A stretch of 36,114 nt of DNA, from NCBI GenBank assembly GCA_000004985.1, contig GG739231.1, one strand, 5' to 3'. A program made the position numbers and the translations under genes. How positions within the stretch are numbered: position 1 is the first letter of the stretch; each line of letters opens with the position of its first letter. Below are positions 10,401-22,400 of this stretch, piece by piece. The DNA comes from Naegleria gruberi (Eukaryota). A model generated the notes under the pieces. It searched no databases. It was not told where the DNA came from and saw only the letters and a program-made list of their open reading frames with translations.

Positions 10401-13400
10401 NNNNNNNNNNNNNNNNNNNNNNNNNNNNNNNNNNNNNNNNNNNNNNNNNNNNNNNNNNNNNNNNNNNNNNNNNNNNNNNNNNNNNNNNNNNNNNNNNNNN
10501 NNNNNNNNNNNNNNNNNNNNNNNNNNNNNNNNNNNNNNNNNNNNNNNNNNNNNNNNNNNNNNNNNNNNNNNNNNNNNNNNNNNNNNNNNNNNNNNNNNNN
10601 NNNNNNNNNNNNNNNNNNNNNNNNNNNNNNNNNNNNNNNNNNNNNNNNNNNNNNNNNNNNNNNNNNNNNNNNNNNNNNNNNNNNNNNNNNNNNNNNNNNN
10701 NNNNNNNNNNNNNNNNNNNNNNNNNNNNNNNNNNNNNNNNNNNNNNNNNNNNNNNNNNNNNNNNNNNNNNNNNNNNNNNNNNNNNNNNNNNNNNNNNNNN
10801 NNNNNNNNNNNNNNNNNNNNNNNNNNNNNNNNNNNNNNNNNNNNNNNNNNNNNNNNNNNNNNNNNNNNNNNNNNNNNNNNNNNNNNNNNNNNNNNNNNNN
10901 NNNNNNNNNNNNNNNNNNNNNNNNNNNNNNNNNNNNNNNNNNNNNNNNNNNNNNNNNNNNNNNNNNNNNNNNNNNNNNNNNNNNNNNNNNNNNNNNNNNN
11001 NNNNNNNNNNNNNNNNNNNNNNNNNNNNNNNNNNNNNNNNNNNNNNNNNNNNNNNNNNNNNNNNNNNNNNNNNNNNNNNNNNNNNNNNNNNNNNNNNNNN
11101 NNNNNNNNNNNNNNNNNNNNNNNNNNNNNNNNNNNNNNNNNNNNNNNNNNNNNNNNNNNNNNNNNNNNNNNNNNNNNNNNNNNNNNNNNNNNNNNNNNNN
11201 NNNNNNNNNNNNNNNNNNNNNNNNNNNNNNNNNNNNNNNNNNNNNNNNNNNNNNNNNNNNNNNNNNNNNNNNNNNNNNNNNNNNNNNNNNNNNNNNNNNN
11301 NNNNNNNNNNNNNNNNNNNNNNNNNNNNNNNNNNNNNNNNNNNNNNNNNNNNNNNNNNNNNNNNNNNNNNNNNNNNNNNNNNNNNNNNNNNNNNNNNNNN
11401 NNNNNNNNNNNNNNNNNNNNNNNNNNNNNNNNNNNNNNNNNNNNNNNNNNNNNNNNNNNNNNNNNNNNNNNNNNNNNNNNNNNNNNNNNNNNNNNNNNNN
11501 NNNNNNNNNNNNNNNNNNNNNNNNNNNNNNNNNNNNNNNNNNNNNNNNNNNNNNNNNNNNNNNNNNNNNNNNNNNNNNNNNNNNNNNNNNNNNNNNNNNN
11601 NNNNNNNNNNNNNNNNNNNNNNNNNNNNNNNNNNNNNNNNNNNNNNNNNNNNNNNNNNNNNNNNNNNNNNNNNNNNNNNNNNNNNNNNNNNNNNNNNNNN
11701 NNNNNNNNNNNNNNNNNNNNNNNNNNNNNNNNNNNNNNNNNNNNNNNNNNNNNNNNNNNNNNNNNNNNNNNNNNNNNNNNNNNNNNNNNNNNNNNNNNNN
11801 NNNNNNNNNNNNNNNNNNNNNNNNNNNNNNNNNNNNNNNNNNNNNNNNNNNNNNNNNNNNNNNNNNNNNNNNNNNNNNNNNNNNNNNNNNNNNNNNNNNN
11901 NNNNNNNNNNNNNNNNNNNNNNNNNNNNNNNNNNNNNNNNNNNNNNNNNNNNNNNNNNNNNNNNNNNNNNNNNNNNNNNNNNNNNNNNNNNNNNNNNNNN
12001 NNNNNNNNNNNNNNNNNNNNNNNNNNNNNNNNNNNNNNNNNNNNNNNNNNNNNNNNNNNNNNNNNNNNNNNNNNNNNNNNNNNNNNNNNNNNNNNNNNNN
12101 NNNNNNNNNNNNNNNNNNNNNNNNNNNNNNNNNNNNNNNNNNNNNNNNNNNNNNNNNNNNNNNNNNNNNNNNNNNNNNNNNNNNNNNNNNNNNNNNNNNN
12201 NNNNNNNNNNNNNNNNNNNNNNNNNNNNNNNNNNNNNNNNNNNNNNNNNNNNNNNNNNNNNNNNNNNNNNNNNNNNNNNNNNNNNNNNNNNNNNNNNNNN
12301 NNNNNNNNNNNNNNNNNNNNNNNNNNNNNNNNNNNNNNNNNNNNNNNNNNNNNNNNNNNNNNNNNNNNNNNNNNNNNNNNNNNNNNNNNNNNNNNNNNNN
12401 NNNNNNNNNNNNNNNNNNNNNNNNNNNNNNNNNNNNNNNNNNNNNNNNNNNNNNNNNNNNNNNNNNNNNNNNNNNNNNNNNNNNNNNNNNNNNNNNNNNN
12501 NNNNNNNNNNNNNNNNNNNNNNNNNNNNNNNNNNNNNNNNNNNNNNNNNNNNNNNNNNNNNNNNNNNNNNNNNNNNNNNNNNNNNNNNNNNNNNNNNNNN
12601 NNNNNNNNNNNNNNNNNNNNNNNNNNNNNNNNNNNNNNNNNNNNNNNNNNNNNNNNNNNNNNNNNNNNNNNNNNNNNNNNNNNNNNNNNNNNNNNNNNNN
12701 NNNNNNNNNNNNNNNNNNNNNNNNNNNNNNNNNNNNNNNNNNNNNNNNNNNNNNNNNNNNNNNNNNNNNNNNNNNNNNNNNNNNNNNNNNNNNNNNNNNN
12801 NNNNNNNNNNNNNNNNNNNNNNNNNNNNNNNNNNNNNNNNNNNNNNNNNNNNNNNNNNNNNNNNNNNNNNNNNNNNNNNNNNNNNNNNNNNNNNNNNNNN
12901 NNNNNNNNNNNNNNNNNNNNNNNNNNNNNNNNNNNNNNNNNNNNNNNNNNNNNNNNNNNNNNNNNNNNNNNNNNNNNNNNNNNNNNNNNNNNNNNNNNNN
13001 NNNNNNNNNNNNNNNNNNNNNNNNNNNNNNNNNNNNNNNNNNNNNNNNNNNNNNNNNNNNNNNNNNNNNNNNNNNNNNNNNNNNNNNNNNNNNNNNNNNN
13101 NNNNNNNNNNNNNNNNNNNNNNNNNNNNNNNNNNNNNNNNNNNNNNNNNNNNNNNNNNNNNNNNNNNNNNNNNNNNNNNNNNNNNNNNNNNNNNNNNNNN
13201 NNNNNNNNNNNNNNNNNNNNNNNNNNNNNNNNNNNNNNNNNNNNNNNNNNNNNNNNNNNNNNNNNNNNNNNNNNNNNNNNNNNNNNNNNNNNNNNNNNNN
13301 NNNNNNNNNNNNNNNNNNNNNNNNNNNNNNNNNNNNNNNNNNNNNNNNNNNNNNNNNNNNNNNNNNNNNNNNNNNNNNNNNNNNNNNNNNNNNNNNNNNN

Positions 13401-16400
13401 NNNNNNNNNNNNNNNNNNNNNNNNNNNNNNNNNNNNNNNNNNNNNNNNNNNNNNNNNNNNNNNNNNNNNNNNNNNNNNNNNNNNNNNNNNNNNNNNNNNN
13501 NNNNNNNNNNNNNNNNNNNNNNNNNNNNNNNNNNNNNNNNNNNNNNNNNNNNNNNNNNNNNNNNNNNNNNNNNNNNNNNNNNNNNNNNNNNNNNNNNNNN
13601 NNNNNNNNNNNNNNNNNNNNNNNNNNNNNNNNNNNNNNNNNNNNNNNNNNNNNNNNNNNNNNNNNNNNNNNNNNNNNNNNNNNNNNNNNNNNNNNNNNNN
13701 NNNNNNNNNNNNNNNNNNNNNNNNNNNNNNNNNNNNNNNNNNNNNNNNNNNNNNNNNNNNNNNNNNNNNNNNNNNNNNNNNNNNNNNNNNNNNNNNNNNN
13801 NNNNNNNNNNNNNNNNNNNNNNNNNNNNNNNNNNNNNNNNNNNNNNNNNNNNNNNNNNNNNNNNNNNNNNNNNNNNNNNNNNNNNNNNNNNNNNNNNNNN
13901 NNNNNNNNNNNNNNNNNNNNNNNNNNNNNNNNNNNNNNNNNNNNNNNNNNNNNNNNNNNNNNNNNNNNNNNNNNNNNNNNNNNNNNNNNNNNNNNNNNNN
14001 NNNNNNNNNNNNNNNNNNNNNNNNNNNNNNNNNNNNNNNNNNNNNNNNNNNNNNNNNNNNNNNNNNNNNNNNNNNNNNNNNNNNNNNNNNNNNNNNNNNN
14101 NNNNNNNNNNNNNNNNNNNNNNNNNNNNNNNNNNNNNNNNNNNNNNNNNNNNNNNNNNNNNNNNNNNNNNNNNNNNNNNNNNNNNNNNNNNNNNNNNNNN
14201 NNNNNNNNNNNNNNNNNNNNNNNNNNNNNNNNNNNNNNNNNNNNNNNNNNNNNNNNNNNNNNNNNNNNNNNNNNNNNNNNNNNNNNNNNNNNNNNNNNNN
14301 NNNNNNNNNNNNNNNNNNNNNNNNNNNNNNNNNNNNNNNNNNNNNNNNNNNNNNNNNNNNNNNNNNNNNNNNNNNNNNNNNNNNNNNNNNNNNNNNNNNN
14401 NNNNNNNNNNNNNNNNNNNNNNNNNNNNNNNNNNNNNNNNNNNNNNNNNNNNNNNNNNNNNNNNNNNNNNNNNNNNNNNNNNNNNNNNNNNNNNNNNNNN
14501 NNNNNNNNNNNNNNNNNNNNNNNNNNNNNNNNNNNNNNNNNNNNNNNNNNNNNNNNNNNNNNNNNNNNNNNNNNNNNNNNNNNNNNNNNNNNNNNNNNNN
14601 NNNNNNNNNNNNNNNNNNNNNNNNNNNNNNNNNNNNNNNNNNNNNNNNNNNNNNNNNNNNNNNNNNNNNNNNNNNNNNNNNNNNNNNNNNNNNNNNNNNN
14701 NNNNNNNNNNNNNNNNNNNNNNNNNNNNNNNNNNNNNNNNNNNNNNNNNNNNNNNNNNNNNNNNNNNNNNNNNNNNNNNNNNNNNNNNNNNNNNNNNNNN
14801 NNNNNNNNNNNNNNNNNNNNNNNNNNNNNNNNNNNNNNNNNNNNNNNNNNNNNNNNNNNNNNNNNNNNNNNNNNNNNNNNNNNNNNNNNNNNNNNNNNNN
14901 NNNNNNNNNNNNNNNNNNNNNNNNNNNNNNNNNNNNNNNNNNNNNNNNNNNNNNNNNNNNNNNNNNNNNNNNNNNNNNNNNNNNNNNNNNNNNNNNNNNN
15001 NNNNNNNNNNNNNNNNNNNNNNNNNNNNNNNNNNNNNNNNNNNNNNNNNNNNNNNNNNNNNNNNNNNNNNNNNNNNNNNNNNNNNNNNNNNNNNNNNNNN
15101 NNNNNNNNNNNNNNNNNNNNNNNNNNNNNNNNNNNNNNNNNNNNNNNNNNNNNNNNNNNNNNNNNNNNNNNNNNNNNNNNNNNNNNNNNNNNNNNNNNNN
15201 NNNNNNNNNNNNNNNNNNNNNNNNNNNNNNNNNNNNNNNNNNNNNNNNNNNNNNNNNNNNNNNNNNNNNNNNNNNNNNNNNNNNNNNNNNNNNNNNNNNN
15301 NNNNNNNNNNNNNNNNNNNNNNNNNNNNNNNNNNNNNNNNNNNNNNNNNNNNNNNNNNNNNNNNNNNNNNNNNNNNNNNNNNNNNNNNNNNNNNNNNNNN
15401 NNNNNNNNNNNNNNNNNNNNNNNNNNNNNNNNNNNNNNNNNNNNNNNNNNNNNNNNNNNNNNNNNNNNNNNNNNNNNNNNNNNNNNNNNNNNNNNNNNNN
15501 NNNNNNNNNNNNNNNNNNNNNNNNNNNNNNNNNNNNNNNNNNNNNNNNNNNNNNNNNNNNNNNNNNNNNNNNNNNNNNNNNNNNNNNNNNNNNNNNNNNN
15601 NNNNNNNNNNNNNNNNNNNNNNNNNNNNNNNNNNNNNNNNNNNNNNNNNNNNNNNNNNNNNNNNNNNNNNNNNNNNNNNNNNNNNNNNNNNNNNNNNNNN
15701 NNNNNNNNNNNNNNNNNNNNNNNNNNNNNNNNNNNNNNNNNNNNNNNNNNNNNNNNNNNNNNNNNNNNNNNNNNNNNNNNNNNNNNNNNNNNNNNNNNNN
15801 NNNNNNNNNNNNNNNNNNNNNNNNNNNNNNNNNNNNNNNNNNNNNNNNNNNNNNNNNNNNNNNNNNNNNNNNNNNNNNNNNNNNNNNNNNNNNNNNNNNN
15901 NNNNNNNNNNNNNNNNNNNNNNNNNNNNNNNNNNNNNNNNNNNNNNNNNNNNNNNNNNNNNNNNNNNNNNNNNNNNNNNNNNNNNNNNNNNNNNNNNNNN
16001 NNNNNNNNNNNNNNNNNNNNNNNNNNNNNNNNNNNNNNNNNNNNNNNNNNNNNNNNNNNNNNNNNNNNNNNNNNNNNNNNNNNNNNNNNNNNNNNNNNNN
16101 NNNNNNNNNNNNNNNNNNNNNNNNNNNNNNNNNNNNNNNNNNNNNNNNNNNNNNNNNNNNNNNNNNNNNNNNNNNNNNNNNNNNNNNNNNNNNNNNNNNN
16201 NNNNNNNNNNNNNNNNNNNNNNNNNNNNNNNNNNNNNNNNNNNNNNNNNNNNNNNNNNNNNNNNNNNNNNNNNNNNNNNNNNNNNNNNNNNNNNNNNNNN
16301 NNNNNNNNNNNNNNNNNNNNNNNNNNNNNNNNNNNNNNNNNNNNNNNNNNNNNNNNNNNNNNNNNNNNNNNNNNNNNNNNNNNNNNNNNNNNNNNNNNNN

Positions 16401-19400
16401 NNNNNNNNNNNNNNNNNNNNNNNNNNNNNNNNNNNNNNNNNNNNNNNNNNNNNNNNNNNNNNNNNNNNNNNNNNNNNNNNNNNNNNNNNNNNNNNNNNNN
16501 NNNNNNNNNNNNNNNNNNNNNNNNNNNNNNNNNNNNNNNNNNNNNNNNNNNNNNNNNNNNNNNNNNNNNNNNNNNNNNNNNNNNNNNNNNNNNNNNNNNN
16601 NNNNNNNNNNNNNNNNNNNNNNNNNNNNNNNNNNNNNNNNNNNNNNNNNNNNNNNNNNNNNNNNNNNNNNNNNNNNNNNNNNNNNNNNNNNNNNNNNNNN
16701 NNNNNNNNNNNNNNNNNNNNNNNNNNNNNNNNNNNNNNNNNNNNNNNNNNNNNNNNNNNNNNNNNNNNNNNNNNNNNNNNNNNNNNNNNNNNNNNNNNNN
16801 NNNNNNNNNNNNNNNNNNNNNNNNNNNNNNNNNNNNNNNNNNNNNNNNNNNNNNNNNNNNNNNNNNNNNNNNNNNNNNNNNNNNNNNNNNNNNNNNNNNN
16901 NNNNNNNNNNNNNNNNNNNNNNNNNNNNNNNNNNNNNNNNNNNNNNNNNNNNNNNNNNNNNNNNNNNNNNNNNNNNNNNNNNNNNNNNNNNNNNNNNNNN
17001 NNNNNNNNNNNNNNNNNNNNNNNNNNNNNNNNNNNNNNNNNNNNNNNNNNNNNNNNNNNNNNNNNNNNNNNNNNNNNNNNNNNNNNNNNNNNNNNNNNNN
17101 NNNNNNNNNNNNNNNNNNNNNNNNNNNNNNNNNNNNNNNNNNNNNNNNNNNNNNNNNNNNNNNNNNNNNNNNNNNNNNNNNNNNNNNNNNNNNNNNNNNN
17201 NNNNNNNNNNNNNNNNNNNNNNNNNNNNNNNNNNNNNNNNNNNNNNNNNNNNNNNNNNNNNNNNNNNNNNNNNNNNNNNNNNNNNNNNNNNNNNNNNNNN
17301 NNNNNNNNNNNNNNNNNNNNNNNNNNNNNNNNNNNNNNNNNNNNNNNNNNNNNNNNNNNNNNNNNNNNNNNNNNNNNNNNNNNNNNNNNNNNNNNNNNNN
17401 NNNNNNNNNNNNNNNNNNNNNNNNNNNNNNNNNNNNNNNNNNNNNNNNNNNNNNNNNNNNNNNNNNNNNNNNNNNNNNNNNNNNNNNNNNNNNNNNNNNN
17501 NNNNNNNNNNNNNNNNNNNNNNNNNNNNNNNNNNNNNNNNNNNNNNNNNNNNNNNNNNNNNNNNNNNNNNNNNNNNNNNNNNNNNNNNNNNNNNNNNNNN
17601 NNNNNNNNNNNNNNNNNNNNNNNNNNNNNNNNNNNNNNNNNNNNNNNNNNNNNNNNNNNNNNNNNNNNNNNNNNNNNNNNNNNNNNNNNNNNNNNNNNNN
17701 NNNNNNNNNNNNNNNNNNNNNNNNNNNNNNNNNNNNNNNNNNNNNNNNNNNNNNNNNNNNNNNNNNNNNNNNNNNNNNNNNNNNNNNNNNNNNNNNNNNN
17801 NNNNNNNNNNNNNNNNNNNNNNNNNNNNNNNNNNNNNNNNNNNNNNNNNNNNNNNNNNNNNNNNNNNNNNNNNNNNNNNNNNNNNNNNNNNNNNNNNNNN
17901 NNNNNNNNNNNNNNNNNNNNNNNNNNNNNNNNNNNNNNNNNNNNNNNNNNNNNNNNNNNNNNNNNNNNNNNNNNNNNNNNNNNNNNNNNNNNNNNNNNNN
18001 NNNNNNNNNNNNNNNNNNNNNNNNNNNNNNNNNNNNNNNNNNNNNNNNNNNNNNNNNNNNNNNNNNNNNNNNNNNNNNNNNNNNNNNNNNNNNNNNNNNN
18101 NNNNNNNNNNNNNNNNNNNNNNNNNNNNNNNNNNNNNNNNNNNNNNNNNNNNNNNNNNNNNNNNNNNNNNNNNNNNNNNNNNNNNNNNNNNNNNNNNNNN
18201 NNNNNNNNNNNNNNNNNNNNNNNNNNNNNNNNNNNNNNNNNNNNNNNNNNNNNNNNNNNNNNNNNNNNNNNNNNNNNNNNNNNNNNNNNNNNNNNNNNNN
18301 NNNNNNNNNNNNNNNNNNNNNNNNNNNNNNNNNNNNNNNNNNNNNNNNNNNNNNNNNNNNNNNNNNNNNNNNNNNNNNNNNNNNNNNNNNNNNNNNNNNN
18401 NNNNNNNNNNNNNNNNNNNNNNNNNNNNNNNNNNNNNNNNNNNNNNNNNNNNNNNNNNNNNNNNNNNNNNNNNNNNNNNNNNNNNNNNNNNNNNNNNNNN
18501 NNNNNNNNNNNNNNNNNNNNNNNNNNNNNNNNNNNNNNNNNNNNNNNNNNNNNNNNNNNNNNNNNNNNNNNNNNNNNNNNNNNNNNNNNNNNNNNNNNNN
18601 NNNNNNNNNNNNNNNNNNNNNNNNNNNNNNNNNNNNNNNNNNNNNNNNNNNNNNNNNNNNNNNNNNNNNNNNNNNNNNNNNNNNNNNNNNNNNNNNNNNN
18701 NNNNNNNNNNNNNNNNNNNNNNNNNNNNNNNNNNNNNNNNNNNNNNNNNNNNNNNNNNNNNNNNNNNNNNNNNNNNNNNNNNNNNNNNNNNNNNNNNNNN
18801 NNNNNNNNNNNNNNNNNNNNNNNNNNNNNNNNNNNNNNNNNNNNNNNNNNNNNNNNNNNNNNNNNNNNNNNNNNNNNNNNNNNNNNNNNNNNNNNNNNNN
18901 NNNNNNNNNNNNNNNNNNNNNNNNNNNNNNNNNNNNNNNNNNNNNNNNNNNNNNNNNNNNNNNNNNNNNNNNNNNNNNNNNNNNNNNNNNNNNNNNNNNN
19001 NNNNNNNNNNNNNNNNNNNNNNNNNNNNNNNNNNNNNNNNNNNNNNNNNNNNNNNNNNNNNNNNNNNNNNNNNNNNNNNNNNNNNNNNNNNNNNNNNNNN
19101 NNNNNNNNNNNNNNNNNNNNNNNNNNNNNNNNNNNNNNNNNNNNNNNNNNNNNNNNNNNNNNNNNNNNNNNNNNNNNNNNNNNNNNNNNNNNNNNNNNNN
19201 NNNNNNNNNNNNNNNNNNNNNNNNNNNNNNNNNNNNNNNNNNNNNNNNNNNNNNNNNNNNNNNNNNNNNNNNNNNNNNNNNNNNNNNNNNNNNNNNNNNN
19301 NNNNNNNNNNNNNNNNNNNNNNNNNNNNNNNNNNNNNNNNNNNNNNNNNNNNNNNNNNNNNNNNNNNNNNNNNNNNNNNNNNNNNNNNNNNNNNNNNNNN

Positions 19401-22400
19401 NNNNNNNNNNNNNNNNNNNNNNNNNNNNNNNNNNNNNNNNNNNNNNNNNNNNNNNNNNNNNNNNNNNNNNNNNNNNNNNNNNNNNNNNNNNNNNNNNNNN
19501 NNNNNNNNNNNNNNNNNNNNNNNNNNNNNNNNNNNNNNNNNNNNNNNNNNNNNNNNNNNNNNNNNNNNNNNNNNNNNNNNNNNNNNNNNNNNNNNNNNNN
19601 NNNNNNNNNNNNNNNNNNNNNNNNNNNNNNNNNNNNNNNNNNNNNNNNNNNNNNNNNNNNNNNNNNNNNNNNNNNNNNNNNNNNNNNNNNNNNNNNNNNN
19701 NNNNNNNNNNNNNNNNNNNNNNNNNNNNNNNNNNNNNNNNNNNNNNNNNNNNNNNNNNNNNNNNNNNNNNNNNNNNNNNNNNNNNNNNNNNNNNNNNNNN
19801 NNNNNNNNNNNNNNNNNNNNNNNNNNNNNNNNNNNNNNNNNNNNNNNNNNNNNNNNNNNNNNNNNNNNNNNNNNNNNNNNNNNNNNNNNNNNNNNNNNNN
19901 NNNNNNNNNNNNNNNNNNNNNNNNNNNNNNNNNNNNNNNNNNNNNNNNNNNNNNNNNNNNNNNNNNNNNNNNNNNNNNNNNNNNNNNNNNNNNNNNNNNN
20001 NNNNNNNNNNNNNNNNNNNNNNNNNNNNNNNNNNNNNNNNNNNNNNNNNNNNNNNNNNNNNNNNNNNNNNNNNNNNNNNNNNNNNNNNNNNNNNNNNNNN
20101 NNNNNNNNNNNNNNNNNNNNNNNNNNNNNNNNNNNNNNNNNNNNNNNNNNNNNNNNNNNNNNNNNNNNNNNNNNNNNNNNNNNNNNNNNNNNNNNNNNNN
20201 NNNNNNNNNNNNNNNNNNNNNNNNNNNNNNNNNNNNNNNNNNNNNNNNNNNNNNNNNNNNNNNNNNNNNNNNNNNNNNNNNNNNNNNNNNNNNNNNNNNN
20301 NNNNNNNNNNNNNNNNNNNNNNNNNNNNNNNNNNNNNNNNNNNNNNNNNNNNNNNNNNNNNNNNNNNNNNNNNNNNNNNNNNNNNNNNNNNNNNNNNNNN
20401 NNNNNNNNNNNNNNNNNNNNNNNNNNNNNNNNNNNNNNNNNNNNNNNNNNNNNNNNNNNNNNNNNNNNNNNNNNNNNNNNNNNNNNNNNNNNNNNNNNNN
20501 NNNNNNNNNNNNNNNNNNNNNNNNNNNNNNNNNNNNNNNNNNNNNNNNNNNNNNNNNNNNNNNNNNNNNNNNNNNNNNNNNNNNNNNNNNNNNNNNNNNN
20601 NNNNNNNNNNNNNNNNNNNNNNNNNNNNNNNNNNNNNNNNNNNNNNNNNNNNNNNNNNNNNNNNNNNNNNNNNNNNNNNNNNNNNNNNNNNNNNNNNNNN
20701 NNNNNNNNNNNNNNNNNNNNNNNNNNNNNNNNNNNNNNNNNNNNNNNNNNNNNNNNNNNNNNNNNNNNNNNNNNNNNNNNNNNNNNNNNNNNNNNNNNNN
20801 NNNNNNNNNNNNNNNNNNNNNNNNNNNNNNNNNNNNNNNNNNNNNNNNNNNNNNNNNNNNNNNNNNNNNNNNNNNNNNNNNNNNNNNNNNNNNNNNNNNN
20901 NNNNNNNNNNNNNNNNNNNNNNNNNNNNNNNNNNNNNNNNNNNNNNNNNNNNNNNNNNNNNNNNNNNNNNNNNNNNNNNNNNNNNNNNNNNNNNNNNNNN
21001 NNNNNNNNNNNNNNNNNNNNNNNNNNNNNNNNNNNNNNNNNNNNNNNNNNNNNNNNNNNNNNNNNNNNNNNNNNNNNNNNNNNNNNNNNNNNNNNNNNNN
21101 NNNNNNNNNNNNNNNNNNNNNNNNNNNNNNNNNNNNNNNNNNNNNNNNNNNNNNNNNNNNNNNNNNNNNNNNNNNNNNNNNNNNNNNNNNNNNNNNNNNN
21201 NNNNNNNNNNNNNNNNNNNNNNNNNNNNNNNNNNNNNNNNNNNNNNNNNNNNNNNNNNNNNNNNNNNNNNNNNNNNNNNNNNNNNNNNNNNNNNNNNNNN
21301 NNNNNNNNNNNNNNNNNNNNNNNNNNNNNNNNNNNNNNNNNNNNNNNNNNNNNNNNNNNNNNNNNNNNNNNNNNNNNNNNNNNNNNNNNNNNNNNNNNNN
21401 NNNNNNNNNNNNNNNNNNNNNNNNNNNNNNNNNNNNNNNNNNNNNNNNNNNNNNNNNNNNNNNNNNNNNNNNNNNNNNNNNNNNNNNNNNNNNNNNNNNN
21501 NNNNNNNNNNNNNNNNNNNNNNNNNNNNNNNNNNNNNNNNNNNNNNNNNNNNNNNNNNNNNNNNNNNNNNNNNNNNNNNNNNNNNNNNNNNNNNNNNNNN
21601 NNNNNNNNNNNNNNNNNNNNNNNNNNNNNNNNNNNNNNNNNNNNNNNNNNNNNNNNNNNNNNNNNNNNNNNNNNNNNNNNNNNNNNNNNNNNNNNNNNNN
21701 NNNNNNNNNNNNNNNNNNNNNNNNNNNNNNNNNNNNNNNNNNNNNNNNNNNNNNNNNNNNNNNNNNNNNNNNNNNNNNNNNNNNNNNNNNNNNNNNNNNN
21801 NNNNNNNNNNNNNNNNNNNNNNNNNNNNNNNNNNNNNNNNNNNNNNNNNNNNNNNNNNNNNNNNNNNNNNNNNNNNNNNNNNNNNNNNNNNNNNNNNNNN
21901 NNNNNNNNNNNNNNNNNNNNNNNNNNNNNNNNNNNNNNNNNNNNNNNNNNNNNNNNNNNNNNNNNNNNNNNNNNNNNNNNNNNNNNNNNNNNNNNNNNNN
22001 NNNNNNNNNNNNNNNNNNNNNNNNNNNNNNNNNNNNNNNNNNNNNNNNNNNNNNNNNNNNNNNNNNNNNNNNNNNNNNNNNNNNNNNNNNNNNNNNNNNN
22101 NNNNNNNNNNNNNNNNNNNNNNNNNNNNNNNNNNNNNNNNNNNNNNNNNNNNNNNNNNNNNNNNNNNNNNNNNNNNNNNNNNNNNNNNNNNNNNNNNNNN
22201 NNNNNNNNNNNNNNNNNNNNNNNNNNNNNNNNNNNNNNNNNNNNNNNNNNNNNNNNNNNNNNNNNNNNNNNNNNNNNNNNNNNNNNNNNNNNNNNNNNNN
22301 NNNNNNNNNNNNNNNNNNNNNNNNNNNNNNNNNNNNNNNNNNNNNNNNNNNNNNNNNNNNNNNNNNNNNNNNNNNNNNNNNNNNNNNNNNNNNNNNNNNN